A DNA stretch of 16,895 nucleotides from Opitutia bacterium (lineage in GTDB: Bacteria; Verrucomicrobiota; Verrucomicrobiia; Opitutales; T3Sed10-336). The position numbers were made by a program, and so were the translations under genes. This document shows, piece after piece, positions 9,063-15,216 of this stretch (position 1 is the stretch's first letter; every line of letters begins with the position of its first letter). The notes under the pieces were generated by a model that saw nothing but the letters and a program-made list of their open reading frames with translations, searched no databases and was not told the origin of the DNA. The stretch covers positions 1 through 16,895 of the forward strand of contig JBJHCF010000067.1 in NCBI GenBank assembly GCA_050506795.1, in the 5' to 3' direction.

Positions 9063-9150
9063 CCTGGAGGGCCATGCTCCCGCGTGGCCGCCGGCTTGGG
9101 AGTGCGGCCATCCTGTCCGCACCGGCGGCGCGGGAGCGCCGCCCTCCAGG
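9063..9150. repeat. REPIN-like inverted pair of GGAG-headed palindromic repeats enclosing a second REP-like unit
   Basis: 9066-9089 GGAGGGCCATGCTCCCGCGTGGCC versus the reverse complement of 9124-9147, GGAGGGCGGCGCTCCCGCGCCGCC. The outer CCTGGAGGG/CCCTCCAGG match is perfect. An internal unit GGGAGTGCGGCCATCCTGTCCGC lies at 9098-9120. Confidence 0.65.
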
Positions 9151-9185
9151 AAGCAGAGGCGCGATTGCGATTCGGTTTTTCAAAC

Positions 9186-9249
9186 GATGAACCTGCTTAA
9201 CCCAAGTTCATCCAGGCTAGCCTGGATCCGCCGGATTTTCAAATTCCGG
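9186..9249. promoter_or_regulatory. Cluster of inverted repeats upstream of siaA, including a perfect 18-bp palindrome (possible operator or RNA structure)
   Basis: ATCCAGGCTAGCCTGGAT (9210-9227) is self-complementary. It is flanked by GATGAACCTG/CAAGTTCATC (9186-9212) and CCGGA/TCCGG (9231-9249). Function is not demonstrated. Confidence 0.35.
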
Positions 9250-9395
9250 TGAAGTTGCCCTCGCTGGCAAAACCGCTCTTGCCTAACGAGTGAAACCTTG
9301 ACAACCCTTTTCACGCATAGGGTAAACCCTTATCTCGAACTAAAGCAATCAACTCAGACTCCGGCCTGCATCACCGTGGAAAAGCTCCAGCAATC

Positions 9396-11411
9396 GTGAC
9401 CGAAACCAATCAAAGGCCCATAAGCGGATCCCTGCGCAAGGTTTTCCTGACCGTGGTAGCTTTTGCCTACCTGGTAACGCTCACCGGCGCATTTGTCGCA
9501 TTCTACTGGAGCGCCCGCAGCATTAGCGACGAGTATGTGGAACGTTTTGCCCTCGCTCAGAACGAACTCGAGCGCAACCGGATCCTTTCCCTGGTGGACC
9601 GGGAACTCGCCCTGAGCCGGAAGCTTGCCGACGACCCGCAGGTCCGGGACTGGATTCGGGATGAGAACGATCCGGAACTGCGGGCTCTGGCGCAAAGGCA
9701 GATCGAGAGCTACCATCGTTTTCTCGGCTACGGGACGGTATTTGTCGCGGTGCGCTCCAGCGGGAATTATTACGTCAGCGCCGGCGAAAGCCCCGATCTG
9801 ATGCAGACCGTGTTGGACACCAATGATCCCGATGATCGCTGGTTTTTCGAATTCCTGGAGCGCAACCCCGATTACTCGATGAACGTCAATTACGACGCCC
9901 TGCTGGACGAGGTCCGGGTGTGGATGAACGTCATCGTGCGCGACGCGGACGGCGCCCCCATCGGGGTCGCCGGTTCGGGCATCGATCTCACCCGGTTCCT
10001 GGAAAACCTGGTGGAACATAGCGAACCGGGCATCCGTACCATCATCGTCAATTCGGCCGGGGAACTCCAGGCTCATCCGGACCGTTCTCTCATCGAGCAC
10101 AATGCCCGGGTGGTGGATGACGCCGACAAAGTCACGGTGTTCGATCTGCTCGACGACTCCAAAAGCATCGGCTCGCTGCGTTCGGCCATCGCCGGAAACG
10201 CGACGGGTGCGAAGCTGTTTCCGCTGGTAATGGACGGACAGACCGCGGTGACCGCGGTGGGGAGCCTAACCGACCTCGACTGGCACAACCTGGTGCTCGT
10301 CGACGCCGGAACGATTATCGGTCCGGGCGATTTTCTTCCCCTGGGATTGGTCTTCCTGGCCTCGTTGCTGGCGGTCCTGTTCTGCCTGATGTTCCTTCTG
10401 AATTCCTTGATCATTGATCCGCTGCAAAAACTTACCCGGGCCGCCGGATCCGTCGCCGAAGGCGCCCACGACACACAAATCCCGGAGGGCGGAAACAATG
10501 AAATCGGGGAACTGAGCGCGTCGTTCAACACCATGACGCGAAAAATCCGGCAGTACACCTCCGGGCTGGAATCGATGGTGAAAGAGCGCACCAAAGCGCT
10601 GGCCGCCACCAACCGCGACCTGACCGCATCGCAGAAGCGGATTACGGATTCCATTCAGTATGCGCGGATAATTCAAAACTCGATCCTGCCCTCTCCCCAA
10701 GAACTCGATCCCCATCTGGCCGAGTACTTCGTCATTCTGGAACCGGTCGATCCCGTGGGCGGGGACTTTCATTTTTTTCGGGAAACCCGCGACGGGTTCT
10801 GCGTCGCCGCCGTGGACTGCACTGGTCATGGGGTGCCGGGAGCGTTCATGACGATGATGGTCAACGCGCTGCTGAACCGCATCATCGAAACCGCCCCCGA
10901 CAAAGGACCGGCCGCCGTGCTCGACACGCTCCACGTTCTGGTGCAGGAAACCCTGCGCGGCAACGCCAATGGAGGCCAGGCGGTGGAGAACGGTCTGGAC
11001 ATCGCCTTCTGCCGGGTACGGCCGGGCGACGAGGTGATTGATTTCGCCGGCGCCGGACTCCCGCTTTTTGTAAAAGACGACCTGGGCATTCGCGAAATCC
11101 CGGGCGATCGCCGCCGGCTCGGCTTTTCCTCCGCACACGAATCCCGCGCCTTCACCGAACACCGTCTGGCACTCTCTCCGGAACAGACCTTTTACCTGAC
11201 CTCGGATGGAGTTCTCGATTTGCCGGGAGGGGAAAAAGGGTTTGGTCTCGGTCGCAAGCGGCTGACGGAACTCCTGTCCCAACTCGCCGGCCGATCGCTG
11301 GCTGAACAGGAGGAACACCTGCGCCAGGCATTGAAGGATTATCGCGGCGACCACCCCCAAAGGGACGACCTGTTACTCTGTGGGTTTCGGGTGAGTTTAA
11401 CGAAGGAATAA
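9396..11411 (+). CDS. siaA: SiaA-family membrane PP2C/SpoIIE phosphatase (TM - Cache-like sensor - TM - HAMP - PP2C)
   Basis: Two TM segments flank a periplasmic region with SiaA-like motifs (RELALSRKLAD, YSMNVNYD, VWMNVIV, QAHPD). HAMP: PLQKLTRAAGSVAEG...NEIGELSASFNTM. PP2C: DSIQYARIIQNSILP, VGGDF, DCTGHGVPGAFMTM, SDGVLD, QRDD. It is first in an operon with siaB and siaC. Confidence 0.9.
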   Translation: MTETNQRPISGSLRKVFLTVVAFAYLVTLTGAFVAFYWSARSISDEYVERFALAQNELERNRILSLVDRELALSRKLADDPQVRDWIRDENDPELRALAQRQIESYHRFLGYGTVFVAVRSSGNYYVSAGESPDLMQTVLDTNDPDDRWFFEFLERNPDYSMNVNYDALLDEVRVWMNVIVRDADGAPIGVAGSGIDLTRFLENLVEHSEPGIRTIIVNSAGELQAHPDRSLIEHNARVVDDADKVTVFDLLDDSKSIGSLRSAIAGNATGAKLFPLVMDGQTAVTAVGSLTDLDWHNLVLVDAGTIIGPGDFLPLGLVFLASLLAVLFCLMFLLNSLIIDPLQKLTRAAGSVAEGAHDTQIPEGGNNEIGELSASFNTMTRKIRQYTSGLESMVKERTKALAATNRDLTASQKRITDSIQYARIIQNSILPSPQELDPHLAEYFVILEPVDPVGGDFHFFRETRDGFCVAAVDCTGHGVPGAFMTMMVNALLNRIIETAPDKGPAAVLDTLHVLVQETLRGNANGGQAVENGLDIAFCRVRPGDEVIDFAGAGLPLFVKDDLGIREIPGDRRRLGFSSAHESRAFTEHRLALSPEQTFYLTSDGVLDLPGGEKGFGLGRKRLTELLSQLAGRSLAEQEEHLRQALKDYRGDHPQRDDLLLCGFRVSLTKE

Positions 11412-11416
11412 AATCA

Positions 11417-11965
11417 ATGAGAAGCATAATTGAAATCAAAGACTTCTTCGCTGAGGAAGGCATTCTGATCAGTTTCCACGGCTCCTTCAGCCACGGGATC
11501 GTCGAAGAAATTGGTAACGCGGTCCGGCGCCATCTCGAAAACCAACAGTTGGAACGGGGTATCATCAGCGATGTCTTCGCCGTCTACATCGAGCAGACCC
11601 AAAACGTCCGTAATTATCTGAAACGCAAAAATTTCTTGGAACCGGCTCAAAGCTCCGCGATCGTGTTGATCGTCCAAACAGGCGGCGATTATCTCCTTTG
11701 TTCAGGCAACACTATCGCCCGTGAAGACGTCCAGGACCTGGAAACCCGACTGGAAAAAATCAACAGCTCCGACCGAGACACTTTGAAACGAATGTACAAG
11801 GAACAGTTAAGAAAACCGCTTGAAGCCAAAGCCACCGGAGCCGGTGTGGGCCTCATCGATATCGCCCGGCGTTCTCCGGAAAAGCTCGGATACCGTTTCG
11901 ACCCCCAGGACGAACGGCACGATTTCTTCAGCTTATTCGTCAAAGTTGCGGGAGGCGACCGATGA
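11417..11965 (+). CDS. siaB: SiaB-family protein kinase (GHKL/SpoIIAB-like)
   Basis: Motifs FHGSFSHGIVEEIG, VYIEQTQNVRNY, SGN, LKRMYKEQLR and GAGVGLIDIARRS. SD-like AAGGA lies upstream. Confidence 0.9.
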   Translation: MRSIIEIKDFFAEEGILISFHGSFSHGIVEEIGNAVRRHLENQQLERGIISDVFAVYIEQTQNVRNYLKRKNFLEPAQSSAIVLIVQTGGDYLLCSGNTIAREDVQDLETRLEKINSSDRDTLKRMYKEQLRKPLEAKATGAGVGLIDIARRSPEKLGYRFDPQDERHDFFSLFVKVAGGDR

Positions 11966-12348
11966 TCGATATTCCCGCCAGTAAATCGTCACCGGAAATC
12001 AGGTATTCCGAATCGGACAACACCTTGACCATATCCGGAGAATCGTATCCGGAGAACTCATTCGCATTCTTTCAGCCTGTATTTGAGTGGTTGCACGACC
12101 AGCTCAAACGAAAGGAGCAGTTGCATGTCAGCATAAACATAAGCTACATGAATTCCAGCAGCACCAAATGCATGCTGGACATTCTCGATTTGCTCGGAGA
12201 CACCAGCAAGCACGATTGCTCAACCACGGTATCCTGGCATTACGAAAAGGAAAACGACCGCGCGCTGGAGTTGGCCGAGGAGTTCCAGGAAGAGGCGGCG
12301 GTTCCCTTCCGTATTATTCCCTGCGATAACCCGGATCAACGCCCATGA
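11962..12348 (+). CDS. siaC: SiaC-family regulatory phosphoprotein (DUF1987)
   Basis: Motifs GESYPEN..FF.P..WL, YMNSSSTK and VSWHY...ELAEEF. ATGA overlap with the siaB stop, and GGAGG SD upstream. Confidence 0.92.
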   Translation: MIDIPASKSSPEIRYSESDNTLTISGESYPENSFAFFQPVFEWLHDQLKRKEQLHVSINISYMNSSSTKCMLDILDLLGDTSKHDCSTTVSWHYEKENDRALELAEEFQEEAAVPFRIIPCDNPDQRP

Positions 12349-14123
12349 AAAACTCCTCCGACGACTTTTTCGAGCACCTGATGCAGAATCAACCCACTGA
12401 GGGAGCCTCCGGTGCTCCCGGGAAGGGAGAGGCCTCTCATTATATCAAGCTGGTTCAGCAATTCGCCAAAGTCATGGCGATCTCCGACAAGTACCAGGCC
12501 GAAGTGGTGGACATGGCCGAACAGTTGCGGGGATCCAAACAACAGTTGGAAAGCGCCCAACGCGAACTGCGCCAGAGCGAAACGAGGTTTCGCAACCTGA
12601 TCGAGAACCTGCCGGTGGGGGTCGCCATGTTTTCCACCGACATGAGCCTCCTGACCATCAACCCGATGATGGATCGCTGGTTTCCGGCGATCACCAAAGG
12701 CCCATGCTGCGACACCGGAGAAATCCTCGAAGAGGATGATGATTCGGACCAGACAAAGCCATCTCCGGTCCTGCGCGCTCTGGCCGACGGGCGGATCCAT
12801 ACCGGAGAGTTCGAGATAACCAGCGACCACGAACGAAGAGTTCTCCAGGTCACGGCAACCGCGGTCAAAAACGCGGATGATGAAGTGACCGCAGTCATCG
12901 AAATGGCGGAGGACATCACCGAGCGCAAACGAACCGAGGCCGAACGAAAACGGCTGGACGCCCAGGATCGCAGCCTGGAGAAATCGGAAAGCCTGAGCCG
13001 CATGGCGGCGGCCATCGCCCACCATTTCAACAATCAGTTGCAGTCGGTCATGGGTAATCTTGAACTGGTGATGGACGACGTTTCACGCGAAGACCCCATC
13101 AACCTCCGGCTCAACAGCGCCATGCAAGCGGCGCGCAAAGCGGCCGAAATGAGCGCCCTGATGCGCGCCTACCTCGGGCAGGCCAGCTTGCGCCTGCAGA
13201 CCATCGACCTCGCCGCCACCTGCCGGGACAATCTGGCGGCTTTGACGGCCAATCTCCCCGACGGCTTTACTTTGCGCACCGAAATCCCCGACTCAGGTCC
13301 CCTGATCAAAGCCGGGGGCGAGCAGATCAAACAAATCCTCAGCAGCCTGGTCACCAACGCCTGGGAAGCCATGGAGGAAGCCGAACGGGGCGTAATCCGC
13401 ATCAAGGTGAAAACGGTGAACCCCGGGGAGATCTCCGCGCCTTACCGGTTCCCGGTCGGATGGAGTCCATCCAACCGGGACTCAGCCTGCCTTGAGGTGT
13501 CCGATTCCGGCAAGGGAATCGAAAGCGCGGACATAGATAAAATCTTCGATCCTTTCTTCTCGAACAAATTCACCGGACGCGGCCTCGGATTGTCCGTTGT
13601 CCTCGGCATGATCCGGGCCGCCGGAGGTGGTGTGACCGTGAACACCCGGCCGGGAATCGGCAGCACCTTTCGCTGCTTTTTCCCCGTCATTGCCGACTCC
13701 ATCGCCTGCAAGCAGGACGGGAAAACGCGCCAGGCGCCCAATGATCGACCGGCGAAAATCCTTCTGGTCGAAGACGAGAAAGCCGTCCGCGAAATGTCGG
13801 TGGTGATGCTGCAGCGCATCGGTTTTGAGGTCGTCGAAGCGGAAGACGGAGAAAAGGCGGTGGAGATTTTCCAACGGGCTCCGCAAGAGTTCAATTGCGT
13901 GGTTTGCGACCTCAGCATGCCGCGGATGAACGGATGGGAAACCCTGACCGCGCTGCGCAGCATTCAGGCGAACATCCCGGTGGTCCTTTCCAGCGGATTC
14001 GAAGAGGGATACGTCATGAAGGACGAACATGAGGAAAAGCCGCAAGCATTTGTCAGCAAGCCCTACAATATCGAAGACCTTAGAAACGCGATAAACCGGG
14101 CTCTCGGAGTGAACGAGCCCTGA
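12345..14123 (+). CDS. Cytoplasmic hybrid sensor histidine kinase (SiaD-like N-terminal coiled coil - PAS - HisKA - HATPase_c - REC), CckA-like architecture
   Basis: PAS: ETRFRNLIENLPVGV...EDITERK. H-box: SLSRMAAAIAHHFNNQL. N-box: QILSSLVTNAWEA. G1: VSDSGKGI. F: IFDPFFSNK. G2: GRGLGLSVV. REC: ILLVEDE...CDLSMPRMNG...LSSG...FVSKPY. No TM segment and no GGDEF. ATGA overlap with siaC. Confidence 0.93.
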   Translation: MKNSSDDFFEHLMQNQPTEGASGAPGKGEASHYIKLVQQFAKVMAISDKYQAEVVDMAEQLRGSKQQLESAQRELRQSETRFRNLIENLPVGVAMFSTDMSLLTINPMMDRWFPAITKGPCCDTGEILEEDDDSDQTKPSPVLRALADGRIHTGEFEITSDHERRVLQVTATAVKNADDEVTAVIEMAEDITERKRTEAERKRLDAQDRSLEKSESLSRMAAAIAHHFNNQLQSVMGNLELVMDDVSREDPINLRLNSAMQAARKAAEMSALMRAYLGQASLRLQTIDLAATCRDNLAALTANLPDGFTLRTEIPDSGPLIKAGGEQIKQILSSLVTNAWEAMEEAERGVIRIKVKTVNPGEISAPYRFPVGWSPSNRDSACLEVSDSGKGIESADIDKIFDPFFSNKFTGRGLGLSVVLGMIRAAGGGVTVNTRPGIGSTFRCFFPVIADSIACKQDGKTRQAPNDRPAKILLVEDEKAVREMSVVMLQRIGFEVVEAEDGEKAVEIFQRAPQEFNCVVCDLSMPRMNGWETLTALRSIQANIPVVLSSGFEEGYVMKDEHEEKPQAFVSKPYNIEDLRNAINRALGVNEP

Positions 14124-14198
14124 TCCGAAAGAAACCTCGACCGAAAGAACGGGCACATTCCACCGCCGCTGCGGTCGGAAAGATTCCACCGAAGGTTC

Positions 14199-14915
14199 AT
14201 GCGCACAGACCGCCTCAACCAGGATTCCATCGGACGCGAAATCGCCTCCGGCCGACAAGTCGTCGTGCTTCTCCACGGCTTGGCGCGTCGCCCAAGCTCC
14301 ATGGCGAAACTGGCGCGTGCCCTGGCTGATGCCGGATACGTGCCGGTCAATCATGGGTATCCGTCCCGCAAACACACCATTGAGGAACTGGTCGACAGCT
14401 ACCTGAAACCCCTCCTCGACACCCTGCAAGCCGCGGGCGCCAGCCGGATTCACTTCGTCACCCACTCCCTCGGAGGAATCCTCCTGCGCCAGTACGTTCG
14501 CCGGCACGGCGCCGCTCTGGTCGGACGAGCGGTCCTGATCGCCCCGCCGAATCACGGCAGCGAAATCGCCGACCGCCTCCGGCCCCTGGGTCTGTTCCGC
14601 CGTTTTTACGGCCCCGCGGGCCAACAACTGGGAACCACCAGCGACCAACTCCCCGGTCAGTTGCCGGACGCAGACTTCGACGTCGGGGTGATTGCCGGAA
14701 CCCGAAACTGGAACCCAATTTTCAAACGCTGGCTGCCGGGCCCCAGTGACGGCACCGTAAGCGTTGAAAGCACGCGCTTGGGGAACTCCACGGGCTTCAT
14801 CGCCATACCGGCGACCCATCTCCTCATCATACGTCATCCGCAGGCCATCGCCCTCACCCTCCACTTCCTGGCCAACGGCTCGTTCGACCCGGCCGGCAAT
14901 TCCCGGGAATCGTGA
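14199..14915 (+). CDS. Alpha/beta-fold hydrolase (lipase/esterase-like)
   Basis: VVLLHGL oxyanion motif, nucleophile elbow VTHSLGG, PPNHGS, catalytic Asp in SDGTV and His in ATHLLI. Confidence 0.88.
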   Translation: MRTDRLNQDSIGREIASGRQVVVLLHGLARRPSSMAKLARALADAGYVPVNHGYPSRKHTIEELVDSYLKPLLDTLQAAGASRIHFVTHSLGGILLRQYVRRHGAALVGRAVLIAPPNHGSEIADRLRPLGLFRRFYGPAGQQLGTTSDQLPGQLPDADFDVGVIAGTRNWNPIFKRWLPGPSDGTVSVESTRLGNSTGFIAIPATHLLIIRHPQAIALTLHFLANGSFDPAGNSRES

Positions 14916-15010
14916 TCGGCCCACATCCGGTACGAAATCGAACCCGTACCCTGAAATACCACTCGATTAGGGCCGTTGAACGAAGTAGCGCACGCCTACA
15001 TTGGCAGGTT

Positions 15011-15082
15011 CTCACACGGAGTCACGGAGCTCACGGAGGCGGGTTCGGTTGATTTCTCCGTGTCTTTGTGGCTCCGTGTGAG
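15011..15082. repeat. Long hairpin built from CACGGAG sub-repeats (MITE/REP-like; may double as a terminator)
   Basis: Left arm CTCACACGGAGTCACGGAGCTCACGGAG (15011-15038) pairs with right arm CTCCGTGTCTTTGTGGCTCCGTGTGAG (15056-15082). A T-rich stretch follows at about 15087-15104. Confidence 0.7.
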
Positions 15083-15216
15083 GCCAATTTTCGATTTATT
15101 TTTTGCTTCATCAAACGATGAAACGCCTTGCCCGAGAGATTTACCCGGATATCATTTTACAGTAAGAACCAGGCACACTTGCCTCTGGATACCTTCGCCG
15201 GTAATACAGTGACCCT

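Noticed and set aside
9311..9395. c-di-GMP-I (GEMM) riboswitch upstream of siaA, suggested by TCACGCATAGGGTAAACC and CTCCGGCCT
   Set aside because: The resemblance is superficial. There is no P2 stem with a GNRA tetraloop, no GACGCAAA-like junction and no matching 3' P3/P1 strand. A significant Infernal hit with the Rfam c-di-GMP-I model would overturn this.
12700..12770. Cys-ligated cofactor site in the kinase PAS domain (GPCC...KPSPV)
   Set aside because: Only two adjacent Cys are present and the downstream CxxCP-type residues are absent, which is insufficient to claim Fe-S or heme binding.
12345..14123. Calling the fourth operon gene siaD
   Set aside because: It has no GGDEF domain. It is a hybrid histidine kinase that shares only an N-terminal stalk-like motif.
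13482..14924. 480-aa minus-strand ORF, and similar antisense ORFs at 9354-10100, 10266-11360 and 12336-13025
   Set aside because: They lie antisense to well-supported sia, kinase and hydrolase genes and are typical of high-GC codon bias.
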